Origin: Bacteroidales bacterium
GTDB lineage: Bacteria; Bacteroidota; Bacteroidia; Bacteroidales; 4484-276
Direction: 5' to 3'
Assembly (NCBI GenBank): GCA_014860585.1
Contig: JACZJL010000027.1
Location: 10,242-74,241 of the forward strand
Length of the DNA stretch: 64,000 bases
Below the pieces are notes generated by a model. That model had not been told where the DNA came from. It searched no databases and saw nothing but the letters and a program-made list of their open reading frames with translations. This document shows, piece by piece, positions 17,792 through 27,378 of the stretch. The translations under genes were made by a program, and so were the position numbers. Positions within the stretch are counted from its first letter, which is position 1. Every line of letters begins with the position of its first letter.

Positions 17792-19105
17792 TTAATCTAA
17801 TTTGATATCTCCCACAAAGCAATCTCCCGCCTCCTCGCCAAGAGCATTTTTGTAGGCTTCCGAAATGCTGATCTCTTCAAAATGGCGCTGAATGGATTTC
17901 AGGGAGGCTCCGGCAGCGTAAGGATCAATCCGGTGAGCCTCCATAAGGACATAATAGGCTGCACGCGGGATCAGTGGGTAATGGCCATTTTCATCCGTCG
18001 GTCCTTTGGCACAGATGCCAAACCATTCTTCATTCATGTTGTTTATGCTATCAACATAGTCGTGCAGGTAGCCGCCGTTTGACCAGGAGGCGTGGTTATC
18101 ATGAAGATTGAGGTTTAAGGTTTGGTCATATTTCCACCATCCGTCGCCCGACTGGAAAGTAAACCCACCGAGGGAATTTTCTGCTTTGCCCAATCCGGCA
18201 GCATTTTCGTAAATTTCCCTCCAGTTTCCATGCAGGTAATACGCCTGCGCGCATTGGTCCTCCTGTTGTTTGATATCGTTAAAAGCATCGGCGCCAAGCT
18301 CGGTGAGCAGAATGGGTTTACCGTATTCATTTTTGACCCTGTCGAACATGTCGTTAAATGAAACTCCCCGGTAAACATTTATACCGAGGATATCCACATC
18401 CTGGCACTCCTCAGCAATGATGTCGAGGAACAAAAGGTCTCCGTTACAAATGGCAACCGGATGGTTTTGGTTAATGGCTTTCATGGTTAATGCGGCTTCG
18501 TTGAAGAGCTTGTACATGTGCCTCGCCCTGATGGTGGATTGCCTGTCAACCATCGGAATATCCTCCGTTTCGGGGCCTCCCCAGAAAAGTCCGTAGTTGT
18601 TCTCATTTCCTAAAAGAAAAAGTAAAAGTCCGGGGGTATCTTTGTATTGAGCCGCAAGGGTTTTCACTTCATTTAAAAGCAAAGCTTTCACGCGGGGATC
18701 GTTGTACTCCGTGTTTCCCACCCATCCGCCATCGAGGGTAAGGCCGTAGCGGCCAAAAGAGTGATTCAGCATGGTATAAATCCCGTAGTTCTCGTAGATG
18801 TATTGTATCCACTTTTGCGGAATGCCAGTGTAAACGCGGATGACATTCACACCCATGTTGCTGAACATTGTCATCTCATCGTCAAGCGCTTTCCGGATGA
18901 AGTCATCGGGCTGGTTCCATAAGCTGTACATGTAATTTGTGCCAATGGGAAAGTAATCCCAGTTCATGCCGTTTACCATCAAAGCTTCTCCGTTGACCAG
19001 AAGCCGCCAGCCGTTATCCTTTAGCTCTGTCTCCACCTTGTTGCTTTGAACACATGATGAGATGAAGAAAATCAGGATGAAACAAGTAGTAATAAATCTT
19101 TTCAT
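17792..19105 (-). CDS. Clan GH-A (beta/alpha)8 glycoside hydrolase lipoprotein (GH2-TIM-like; possible GH157/GH158-type beta-glucanase)
   Basis: Leader MKRFITTCFILIFFISSC. The FLLGNENNYG (acid/base) and ILLTELGADAF (nucleophile) spacing is typical of clan GH-A. The family assignment is not resolved by eye. Confidence 0.65.
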   Translation of the reverse strand: MKRFITTCFILIFFISSCVQSNKVETELKDNGWRLLVNGEALMVNGMNWDYFPIGTNYMYSLWNQPDDFIRKALDDEMTMFSNMGVNVIRVYTGIPQKWIQYIYENYGIYTMLNHSFGRYGLTLDGGWVGNTEYNDPRVKALLLNEVKTLAAQYKDTPGLLLFLLGNENNYGLFWGGPETEDIPMVDRQSTIRARHMYKLFNEAALTMKAINQNHPVAICNGDLLFLDIIAEECQDVDILGINVYRGVSFNDMFDRVKNEYGKPILLTELGADAFNDIKQQEDQCAQAYYLHGNWREIYENAAGLGKAENSLGGFTFQSGDGWWKYDQTLNLNLHDNHASWSNGGYLHDYVDSINNMNEEWFGICAKGPTDENGHYPLIPRAAYYVLMEAHRIDPYAAGASLKSIQRHFEEISISEAYKNALGEEAGDCFVGDIKLD

Positions 19106-19106
19106 A

Positions 19107-20471
19107 TCAATTTGAATGGCTTAAACTTTCCCTGCGTTTTTCCAGATCGCGCTCCATCGCCAGGCAGGTTTTGTGATCAATAGCATAGAAATAAAGCAGG
19201 ATAGCGCAGGACATATATAGAATCCCCGGGTACACAGAGATCATTAACTTTATTCCGTTGAGCGAAGTGGCTGTTTGCTCAATATTGGGCACAAATTTAT
19301 AGAGTGCAAGCAGCCATCCGGCAAGTGCGCCGCCGATTCCCCATCCTGCTTTTTGGGCAAAAGTTGCTGCCGAAAAAACCAGGCCGGTGGCGCGTCGGCC
19401 AAATTGCCATTCTGAAAAATCGGCAGTATCGGCAAGCATGGTCCAAAGTAGTGGTACAGCTGGGGCATAGGTAAATTTTGCCAGAATGTTGATGATGTAA
19501 ATGGAGTAAATATTTTCGTTGCCGGGAAGGTAAAGCAAAATGAAAAAGAAGCCGGAGAGCAATGAGCTGGCGATGTAAACATTTCGCTTGCCAAAACGCT
19601 TTGCCAAGGGTTTCGACAACGGTATGCCGAGGATGAGCGCTATGGTGCTGACTATGTTGAACAACTGCACACTCTCCTCCTTGCCGATGTAGTATTTGAA
19701 ATAATAGGCAATGGAAAGATTTTGGATGGCAAACATCACGAAAGAGATAATGCCAACAAAAAACAGGATCACCCAGGGACGGTTGCGGAAAAGGTTTCGG
19801 ATGTCTTCCTTGAGATTTTTTTGCTGCGCCGGCGGTGGGCTTACCCTTTCACGGGTGGTTTTAAAGGTGATCATGAACAACACGAAACTTATGGCGCCAA
19901 AGAGTGTCAGCGTGTATTGGTAGCCTTTGGCAGTGTCGCCGCCACCGAAATAGCCGGCCAGATAGAGGGCGGCGCCGGTTACAATAAACTGTCCGACAAA
20001 GGCAAAGATGAAACGATAGGAATTTAAACCGGCTCGTTCGTAGGAGTCGGAGGTCATTACCGCACCCAGGGATGAATATGGCAGGTTGATGGCTGTGAAG
20101 ACGGTCATCAGCAGGAAGTAGGTTACTCCGGCGTAAATTACTTTTCCGGTGGTTCCAAAGTCGGGGGTGGTAAAGGTGAGGACGGCCAGCACGCTGTAGG
20201 GGAGCGCCATCCAGAGCAGGTAGGGGCGGAATTTCCCCCAGCGGGTGTTGGTGCGGTCAGCAATGACGCCCATCAGTGGGTCGCTCACCATGTCCCACAC
20301 ACGCGCAATGAGCATGATGGTTCCGGCAGCAGCAGCCGAAATCCCGAACGTATCGGTGTAAAAGATCAAAATCCAGAACCCTACCATGTCCCACACAAAG
20401 TGCGAAGCGGTATCGCCCAGGCCATACCCCACTTTTTCGCCGACTGATAGTTTTGCTCCGGTCTTGCTCAT
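19107..20471 (-). CDS. GPH-family oligosaccharide:cation symporter
   Basis: Motif VIADRTNTRWGKFRPYLLW (GPH signature D-R-T-x3-G-K-F-R-P) and multiple TM segments. The track start 20510 is a TTG; I prefer ATG 20471 (MSKTGAKLSVGEKVGYGLGD). Confidence 0.85.
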   Translation of the reverse strand: MSKTGAKLSVGEKVGYGLGDTASHFVWDMVGFWILIFYTDTFGISAAAAGTIMLIARVWDMVSDPLMGVIADRTNTRWGKFRPYLLWMALPYSVLAVLTFTTPDFGTTGKVIYAGVTYFLLMTVFTAINLPYSSLGAVMTSDSYERAGLNSYRFIFAFVGQFIVTGAALYLAGYFGGGDTAKGYQYTLTLFGAISFVLFMITFKTTRERVSPPPAQQKNLKEDIRNLFRNRPWVILFFVGIISFVMFAIQNLSIAYYFKYYIGKEESVQLFNIVSTIALILGIPLSKPLAKRFGKRNVYIASSLLSGFFFILLYLPGNENIYSIYIINILAKFTYAPAVPLLWTMLADTADFSEWQFGRRATGLVFSAATFAQKAGWGIGGALAGWLLALYKFVPNIEQTATSLNGIKLMISVYPGILYMSCAILLYFYAIDHKTCLAMERDLEKRRESLSHSN

Positions 20472-20677
20472 TGAGTTTCTTACTTTTTTGGCAGAATTTT
20501 CAAATGTCAAATGTCAAAACACAAATAAATTCGAACTTTAAAAAATTAAAATACAAAACTGTTTCAGATCTTCATACACATTTTCAGGTTGAATCTTTGA
20601 TACTTTGAATATTGTGATTTATTTGAAATTTGTCTTTTGCTTTTTGTAATTTTTTAATTTGTCCAGCTTAGGTTATT

Positions 20678-21745
20678 TTAATCAACTATTGGGTTTGTTA
20701 AAATTCCGATTGTCATCTTGGGTTGCCGATCCACAGTAAACAGCCCCCAGTGCTTTTCGGCGCCCAGCGGGTTGCCCGGGTCACCTTTCCAGTCTTCGTC
20801 AAAAGCCTCGAAAATGAATGTGGTGATATTGTTCTCTTTTGACCACCCCATCAGTTCGCTGACGTATCTTTGTTGTTTTTCCTGGCTTGCCCGCTCGCCA
20901 AACTCGGAGGCGACGGATGGCCATCCTGCCTCAGCAATCACGATTTTCGCCCCGGGAAGTGCCGCCTTCACCTCTTCTACATTCTCCAAGGTATAGCTCA
21001 TCCCTGCGTCAATATCTCTTTCTTCCCAAACGGGGTAAGTATGAATGGCCACAAAATCCACAACGCCTGCGAGTTCTTTTCCATGATCGGCCCACCACTT
21101 GTAGTTGTCGGCTACCGTAACCGGTTGTTCGATGGCTTGTTGCACCCTTTTCACGTAAGCGATCACCGAATCCACCGAAACTTTGTGGTCGTTCCATTCA
21201 ACCAGCGCTTCATTGCCTACATTCACGGCCACGATGATATCGCTGTATTCTTTCGCCAGTTTGATCCCTGCGGCAATTTCGCTGTCGTTGAGTTTTTTAT
21301 TTTCATCGAGGGTTTCCTGTGGAATAGGTTCAGTGAGCCATTCACAGGTTTGGTGGGCGCTGAGTTCGGCGCGCAGCCAAATCCCGAGCATCACCTTGAA
21401 ATCGAGGTTATTCTCCCTGATCACTTCGAGCACCATCCGGCTGTTTTCCCCGCAATCGTAAAGGCGGAAGAGTCTGAATGGCGTTTGATCGGCAAGGATT
21501 TGCAGGTCTTCGAGGATTTCTTCGTAGGTTGGATTTATAGCGCCATTGCCGCGGTCAGGGTGCTGGCCGCTGCGAAAGCCTGAGTAGCAGACCGCTTCGG
21601 AAACACTGCTGAGCAGCATGATTTCTGTTTGCATGGGTTTGGTTTCGGATTTGTTATCGCGTTGCTGTGCCGGATTGCAGGCCAGAAAACCAAACAGGGC
21701 GAACAGCAGCAGGAGTTTATAGCTATTTTTCTTTTTCATGATCAT
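20678..21745 (-). CDS. GH17 family beta-1,3-glucanase, lipoprotein
   Basis: Leader MIMKKKNSYKLLLLFALFGFLAC. Motifs VNVGNEALVEW, IVIAEAGWPS, FIFEAFDEDWKG. Confidence 0.85.
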   Translation of the reverse strand: MIMKKKNSYKLLLLFALFGFLACNPAQQRDNKSETKPMQTEIMLLSSVSEAVCYSGFRSGQHPDRGNGAINPTYEEILEDLQILADQTPFRLFRLYDCGENSRMVLEVIRENNLDFKVMLGIWLRAELSAHQTCEWLTEPIPQETLDENKKLNDSEIAAGIKLAKEYSDIIVAVNVGNEALVEWNDHKVSVDSVIAYVKRVQQAIEQPVTVADNYKWWADHGKELAGVVDFVAIHTYPVWEERDIDAGMSYTLENVEEVKAALPGAKIVIAEAGWPSVASEFGERASQEKQQRYVSELMGWSKENNITTFIFEAFDEDWKGDPGNPLGAEKHWGLFTVDRQPKMTIGILTNPIVD

Positions 21746-21749
21746 TTTT

Positions 21750-23060
21750 CTAATTCACATAAAAAGGAATATTGGCAGTGGCTGCATTGTTATTGCCATC
21801 GAAAACATAAACAAACAGCCTGTATTCGCCGGGTGCTTCGGGTGCATTGATGAAGATGCGGTAATCGGTTGAATCCATACCAAGCAGTGTTGTTGGACGC
21901 GGTTCGAAATCGCCGCCATCGCTTTGCTGATCTACGGGCACTTCCGGTAATATTTCCCAAAAATAGTTCAGCTTGTCGCCGTCGGGATCAGTGGCCAGCA
22001 CTTCGGCTTCTAATTGCCCGTCAGGGGAAAGATAGACATCGTCGTAGGCCGTTAGTCCATTAATCAGAAAATGTTGCAATTGCGGAGCGCGGTTTTCGGG
22101 CCAGGCGCCAGTCCAGAGGTATTGCATCACATCTACCGATTCGGTTTTCTCACCCGATTTGAGGAACATGCCATACCAGGTGGGTGTGCGCTCCTGTTTT
22201 TGCCCCCAAAGGAAAACAAATGAACCGATGCAGTGGTAGGTGTCGGCGGCAATGAACTTTTCATATCGTTCTTTGTAAGCCATGGCTTTGATGTGACTGT
22301 TTTCTTCGATGGGGCGATGCCAGGCTGTCAGCGGAACCTCCCAGTGACCGGTCACACCCCATTCGGTCATTGCGTAAGCACCTTCATAAGCACTTTCGGC
22401 AATGTAACCCGGGAGTTTATTGATGCTGCCATACAATTGAAAACTGAGGAAATCGAGCGATTTACCACGTTCGGAAACGGCCTGGATGACTTCTGGACTG
22501 GCGCCGGCAATCATGGTTGTTGTCAGATGGTTTGGGTCAACTTTTTTTATCATTTCCGAAATCTCATTCACGGCATTCCACACCTTTTTGTTGGTGTAGC
22601 GCAGATTAAGCTCGTTGCCGATCCCCCATGCAAGCAGCGCCGGGTGATCCTTGTATTTCATTACTTCTTCTCTGACAAACTCAAGTTGCTTTTTTACAGC
22701 GGCTTCATCATCATAATCAAACCCATGACGTTCGCGGGCAATGTTCAGCCCCATCACCACCATCAGTCCATTGGCGTGGGCGCCATCCAGTAATTCTTTT
22801 CCCGAAAAATGCTCATTTCCGGTACTCCATGTTCTCATGGTATTTCCGCCGTACTTTGCCACAGATGCTGGATCGTGGCCGTCGGTTCCTGCACCTTTCA
22901 TGTAATATGGCTCTCCATTCACATAAATCTGAAAGCCGTATGACTCTTTCTTCAATTCCACTTTTTTCGGCACTGTTGAATTCGGATCTGCGCTGCGTCC
23001 GCAGGAAGTGGCGATTGCTGTGTAAAGTATGGACATCAATATTAGGATGTAAAATTTCAT
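21750..23060 (-). CDS. Clan GH-A TIM-barrel glycoside hydrolase lipoprotein with C-terminal Ig-like domain (GH158-like endo-beta-1,3-glucanase candidate)
   Basis: Leader MKFYILILMSILYTAIATSC. Motifs AWGIGNELNL (acid/base), AMTEWGVTGHWE (nucleophile), FLWGQKQERTPTWYGMF. The C-terminal ~100 aa (ATDPDGDKLNYFWEI..) is beta-sandwich-like. The barrel-plus-Ig-like-domain layout matches my memory of GH158. Confidence 0.65.
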   Translation of the reverse strand: MKFYILILMSILYTAIATSCGRSADPNSTVPKKVELKKESYGFQIYVNGEPYYMKGAGTDGHDPASVAKYGGNTMRTWSTGNEHFSGKELLDGAHANGLMVVMGLNIARERHGFDYDDEAAVKKQLEFVREEVMKYKDHPALLAWGIGNELNLRYTNKKVWNAVNEISEMIKKVDPNHLTTTMIAGASPEVIQAVSERGKSLDFLSFQLYGSINKLPGYIAESAYEGAYAMTEWGVTGHWEVPLTAWHRPIEENSHIKAMAYKERYEKFIAADTYHCIGSFVFLWGQKQERTPTWYGMFLKSGEKTESVDVMQYLWTGAWPENRAPQLQHFLINGLTAYDDVYLSPDGQLEAEVLATDPDGDKLNYFWEILPEVPVDQQSDGGDFEPRPTTLLGMDSTDYRIFINAPEAPGEYRLFVYVFDGNNNAATANIPFYVN

Positions 23061-23064
23061 GGCT

Positions 23065-24639
23065 CTATCTAATTTTCTTTTCCCTGATCAGAATACCTTC
23101 AAGTTCTTCAAGGGATTTATTTTTTGTTTCGGGAAGAATGATCGAAATAATTACCAGTCCAACTACGGCAAAAAGCCCGTAGATGAGGAAAGTGAAAGAA
23201 TTACCCAGGGTGGCAAGCTCCCAGGGGAAAACCAATTGCACCAGGAAACTCACTCCCGAGTTGATAAACCCGACAAACGAAATGGCGAGGCCGCGGATAT
23301 AATTTGGGAAGATTTCGGAGAATAAGACCCACATGACAGGTCCTAAAGATATGGCAAAGGAGGCCACAAAACCGATAATCCCCAGCAGAATCAACCAGGA
23401 GTTCATGCTGGTAGCGGCAGCTATCAGATCGGATTCAATTTTTTTTGCTTCAACAGTTCCAAACACCTGATCAATTTCGCGTTTGAACTCCACGTCGCTG
23501 GTGAAAGTTTTTCCCTTGAATGGCTCTATCTTGCCGAGGTCAATATGTGAGGGCAGGCTGCTAATGTCCTCATCTGTTAACGTATAGGTGGCATTGTAAA
23601 AACCCCACGAAAGGATCAACATGCTGATGGCAATTCCCGATAATCCGAAGATCAACAACACTTTCCGTCCAAACCGGTCAATGAAAAGGATGGCCAAAAT
23701 GGTAAAAACAACATTTGTAAGTCCAACCAGTATGGCCTGGGAAAATGAAGCATCAGCACCGATCCCCGATTGTTCAAAGATCATTGGAGCATAAAAGAAC
23801 ACCGAATTGATGCCGGTTATTTGTTGCAATATTGCCACCACAATGCCAATCAGCACCACAATGCGCAGAGCAGGTTTGAATAGTTCAGATAATGGAACTT
23901 TTTTCTCCGGCGCAGCATTTACAAAGCTCGCCTTCACTGCTTCCATATCTTTGAGTGCCTGTTCCACGGTTGAAACTTTCTTCAATACTTGTAACGCTTC
24001 GGAGTCCCATCCTTTCATCATCAGCCAGCGCGGGCTGCGCGGAACAAAGAACAAAAACCCGAAATACAAAATTGCGGGCAACGTTTCAATCCCCAACATC
24101 CAACGCCATTGATGCAGGTCAATACCCATGTTATTGACCCAAGCCAAATCGGACTGACTCAGGCGAAGAATGATGTAGTTGGTGAAGAAAGCCACGGAGA
24201 TGCCGAGAACAATATTGAGCTGATTGAACGAAACAAGCCTTCCCCGCAGGTTGGAAGGGGCTATTTCGGCAATGTACATCGGAGCAATTATGAGCGAAGC
24301 GCCAACACCAAAACCTCCAAGCATGCGGGCGAAGACCAGTGTGGTGAAATCCGGGGCGAAGGCTGAAGCAAGCGCTGACACGGCATAAAAAACGGCAGCC
24401 CATCGCAGGACATACCTCCGTCCGAAAGCATTGCTCAGCGGACCTGCTATCATCATCCCCAACGTTGAAGTAAGGGTAAGCGAACTCACAGCCCATCCCA
24501 GTTGCAGCTTGGTGAGGCTGAACTCCGGTTCGATAAACCTGACAACCCCGGAGATGACGGAAGCGTCAAAACCCATCAGAAAGCCGCCCAACGCAACGAT
24601 GAGAGAAATCTTAACTGTATATTTTTGTTCTTTGCTCAT
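23065..24639 (-). CDS. MFS sugar porter (sugar:H+ symporter family)
   Basis: GFDASVISG, GRRYVL, VPRSPRWLMMKG, FSEIFPNYIRG, PETKNKSLEELE. Start taken at ATG 24639 (MSKEQKYTVKISL..). Confidence 0.9.
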   Translation of the reverse strand: MSKEQKYTVKISLIVALGGFLMGFDASVISGVVRFIEPEFSLTKLQLGWAVSSLTLTSTLGMMIAGPLSNAFGRRYVLRWAAVFYAVSALASAFAPDFTTLVFARMLGGFGVGASLIIAPMYIAEIAPSNLRGRLVSFNQLNIVLGISVAFFTNYIILRLSQSDLAWVNNMGIDLHQWRWMLGIETLPAILYFGFLFFVPRSPRWLMMKGWDSEALQVLKKVSTVEQALKDMEAVKASFVNAAPEKKVPLSELFKPALRIVVLIGIVVAILQQITGINSVFFYAPMIFEQSGIGADASFSQAILVGLTNVVFTILAILFIDRFGRKVLLIFGLSGIAISMLILSWGFYNATYTLTDEDISSLPSHIDLGKIEPFKGKTFTSDVEFKREIDQVFGTVEAKKIESDLIAAATSMNSWLILLGIIGFVASFAISLGPVMWVLFSEIFPNYIRGLAISFVGFINSGVSFLVQLVFPWELATLGNSFTFLIYGLFAVVGLVIISIILPETKNKSLEELEGILIREKKIR

Positions 24640-24768
24640 CTTTGTTGTATCAACCTTGTGGACAAAAGCATGACACTGGAACTGACAATCCAACGTCCCT
24701 GCTTCATCTTGTTTTAGCTAATTAAGGAAAAGAAATTTGTTTCCGGTGTAAGCTGATGGCCGGAACAA

Positions 24769-24849
24769 TAAAAAAATGAGGCAGCCTGGCAAAATATTAA
24801 TTAAAACTATGGTAAAATAATTCATTAAAAAAAGAACCGGCTGCCTCAT
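24769..24849 (-). terminator. Inverted repeat plus U-tract after the GH16 gene (terminator candidate with unusually large loop)
   Basis: 11-bp perfect inverted repeat atgaggcagcc (24776-24786) / ggctgcctcat (24839-24849) with a 52-nt AT-rich spacer. Read on the minus strand, it is followed by the T-run complementary to the A-run at 24770-24775. Confidence 0.35.
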
Positions 24850-24936
24850 ATGCTGTCAAATCGTTTATTGAAGTCCGGAGGATTTCAATCTATCCACTTT
24901 GAACAAACATAACTAAACACCAAAATACCTTATCAC

Positions 24937-26262
24937 TTATTCCTGATAAACCCTGACCCAGTCAATCTGCATGGTTTGCGGGAATTCTGTACTGGCGTTG
25001 GGCGGACCAGGCCAGTTGCCACCAACGGCTAAATTCAGAATAATGAAAAAATTATTTTGAAATTCGCTCAGCCCTGCAGGTGTGATATCTGCGACATAAT
25101 ATTGAATATCATCCACATAGGCTCTTATTTCCTGATCATCCCATTCAACGGCAAATACATGGAAATTGTCAGCAAAAATACCGGAAGTCAAAGTGTATGA
25201 CAGACCATATTGCGCATGCTCACCGTCATTGTCCCAGTGCAGGGTTGCATGGCAGGTATTGTCTCCATTTGTACCACCAACCATCTCCATGATGTCAATT
25301 TCGCCACATGCCGGCCAGCCCACCTGATCGAAGTTAGCGCCAAGCATCCAGAATGCCGGCCATAAGCCCTGACCATAGGGAAGTTTAATACGGGCTTCAA
25401 TCTTGCCGTATTTTACATCAAATTTGCCCTGGGTCGTTATTCGTGCCGAGGTGTAGTCTCTTCCTCCAACCTGTTCTTCCCTGGCTGTAATGGTGAGGAC
25501 ACCGTTTTCCACATAGGCATTGCTTTCGGAATCGGTATAATATTGCAACTCTTCATTACCCCAGCCGGTGCCTCCGGTTTCTGTATTCCATTTTGCCGGA
25601 TCAGGTTTGCCGGTGTAATTGAACTCTTCAGCCCAAATAAGATTTGGATTGTAGTTCGGGTCGTCCTCTGTAATGGTTACAGGTTGGGAATGGGAAAAGT
25701 CGGTATTGTTAAGTGTAACTACCAGTTGGATCGTATAATCCCCTGCGTAAGGGAAATAGGCGGTATGTTCCATCTCATTCTCCACCTCCTGGTCAAGGTA
25801 TTTCCACACGAAGGAATCATAAGTACCAAGGGTGGTATTGGTAAGCAAAACATAGTTTGGATTGGCCGGGTCAATTTCAGCAGTGAAGTTTACCAGCAAG
25901 TCATCTTTTGTTATGCTCACAGTTTTTGTAACCGATTTTTGCGAACCATAATAATTGGTAAGCTGCAGCATCACATCATAATTGCCTGCAAGTGAAAAGT
26001 AAACCTCCGGCGATTGTTTCTTGTCTGTAAGGGTGTCAACAGTTCCGTTATCATAATTCCAAACCAGCCAGTAATACTCGCCTGATGAATTGTTGATAAA
26101 CCTGACATGATTATCGTCGATGTATTCAAAGCTAAAATCGGCATTGAAATCCGGTTCATCATTCTTATCACAACTGTTGATGCCAAGGATCATGAATAAA
26201 GCTAAAACCGGAAATAAGTACCAGCGTAGGCTTTTGCGAAAAATTTTAGTTATCTGTCTCAT
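24937..26262 (-). CDS. GH16 laminarinase (endo-beta-1,3-glucanase) lipoprotein with two N-terminal PKD/Ig-like domains
   Basis: Leader MRQITKIFRKSLRWYLFPVLALFMILGINSC from ATG 26262. GH16 catalytic strand GEIDIMEMVG (ExDxxE), plus GWGNEELQYYT and WPAFWMLG. Confidence 0.9.
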   Translation of the reverse strand: MRQITKIFRKSLRWYLFPVLALFMILGINSCDKNDEPDFNADFSFEYIDDNHVRFINNSSGEYYWLVWNYDNGTVDTLTDKKQSPEVYFSLAGNYDVMLQLTNYYGSQKSVTKTVSITKDDLLVNFTAEIDPANPNYVLLTNTTLGTYDSFVWKYLDQEVENEMEHTAYFPYAGDYTIQLVVTLNNTDFSHSQPVTITEDDPNYNPNLIWAEEFNYTGKPDPAKWNTETGGTGWGNEELQYYTDSESNAYVENGVLTITAREEQVGGRDYTSARITTQGKFDVKYGKIEARIKLPYGQGLWPAFWMLGANFDQVGWPACGEIDIMEMVGGTNGDNTCHATLHWDNDGEHAQYGLSYTLTSGIFADNFHVFAVEWDDQEIRAYVDDIQYYVADITPAGLSEFQNNFFIILNLAVGGNWPGPPNASTEFPQTMQIDWVRVYQE

Positions 26263-26431
26263 ACTGAATGTCTTTATTTTTAAATTGATAAAGAGTGGCC
26301 TCTTCATAGTCTGAGTGTAAGTTGGTTGCAAACAGGATAATTTTTTATCCTGCCTGCAACGCTTACTTATTACTTAACTAACCTTATGAAATATGAGAAA
26401 GCCACTACAATAAAGTTTTTAATTGTTCTGA

Positions 26432-27376
26432 TTATTCGGGTTTAACACTGGTGAAAGTGTGATACCAGGCGTAAGTATCATCTTCTTTAATCCTCACCCT
26501 GAGGATATTATCGGTCACTTCGATGATGTCATATTCGCTTGCGCCCACCCACCAGCACATAAATCCTTCATTGGAAAAAGTCATGGTAGTACCACGGTAT
26601 TGCCCGACAACTGAGGCATTGGAAGAAGACGGGGAAAGTGAGATATTTTTCACACCGTAAAGTGGATAAGCCACTGTTTCGTCGTGACACACATCACCCT
26701 CAACGCCGATTTTTCCGGCATAAGTTCCAGGAATGAAGGCCGGGCCGATTGTTTGCTCGAAGGTCATCCCTGTTGCTGTTTTGGTAAAAACGAATTCTGC
26801 ATCGTACATGCAGGCTTTGGCTGGATCGTTGGCCGAGATGCTCCACCAGGCTGCCCAGGTGAATTCGGCATTACCATAATCTTCAGCTGTTGGTCCTAAG
26901 CCGGTAAATCCGGGTTGATCATAAGCCCAATACCAGGTTTTGGAGCTGCCTCCTGTGAGATACTGAACTGCTTCGGCATCCTCGAAAGTACTTAATACCT
27001 CAAGTTGTGTAGATTTTACAGAGGTAATTCCGCCGGTTCCGACAGCATGAACAGTCACATTGTAAGCAACTACTCCGGTGATGGAAAAACGCTTTGTAAC
27101 TTTACCGCTTGCCGAGATCATAGGGCTTGAGCCATCCCCAAAATCAAAAGTATAGGTGATGGCGTTTAAAGCTGTAGCTGTGAAATTGACCAGTCCGCTT
27201 CCGTCTCCATTTGGGTTTTCGGCATCGGCTCCCACGATTTCAAAGCTTAAGGTCACATTGGTTGGTGCAACCAATTCTCCCAGGTCATATTCATCTTTTT
27301 GGCATGAATTGGAAATGAATAACATGCCAATGATTGTAATAAATGCAATGAGGTTATGCTTTTTCATGTTTATCAT
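26432..27376 (-). CDS. PUL surface glycan-binding lipoprotein (PKD-like domain plus Trp-rich C-terminal domain)
   Basis: Leader M(INM)KKHNLIAFITIIGMLFISNSC (alternative ATG at 27367). It sits two genes downstream of SusD, after the first surface glycan-binding lipoprotein. The Ig-like segment is VNFTATALNAITYTFDFGDGS. The aromatic-rich tail is TWYWAYDQPGFTGLGP..WAAWWS. Confidence 0.7.
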   Translation of the reverse strand: MINMKKHNLIAFITIIGMLFISNSCQKDEYDLGELVAPTNVTLSFEIVGADAENPNGDGSGLVNFTATALNAITYTFDFGDGSSPMISASGKVTKRFSITGVVAYNVTVHAVGTGGITSVKSTQLEVLSTFEDAEAVQYLTGGSSKTWYWAYDQPGFTGLGPTAEDYGNAEFTWAAWWSISANDPAKACMYDAEFVFTKTATGMTFEQTIGPAFIPGTYAGKIGVEGDVCHDETVAYPLYGVKNISLSPSSSNASVVGQYRGTTMTFSNEGFMCWWVGASEYDIIEVTDNILRVRIKEDDTYAWYHTFTSVKPE

Positions 27377-27378
27377 TA

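Noticed and set aside
20495-20520. Mini tandem repeat caaatgt-caaatgt-caaaac at the 5' end of the GPH symporter gene.
   Set aside because: It is too short to mean anything on its own. It mainly matters because it creates the spurious TTG start at 20510.
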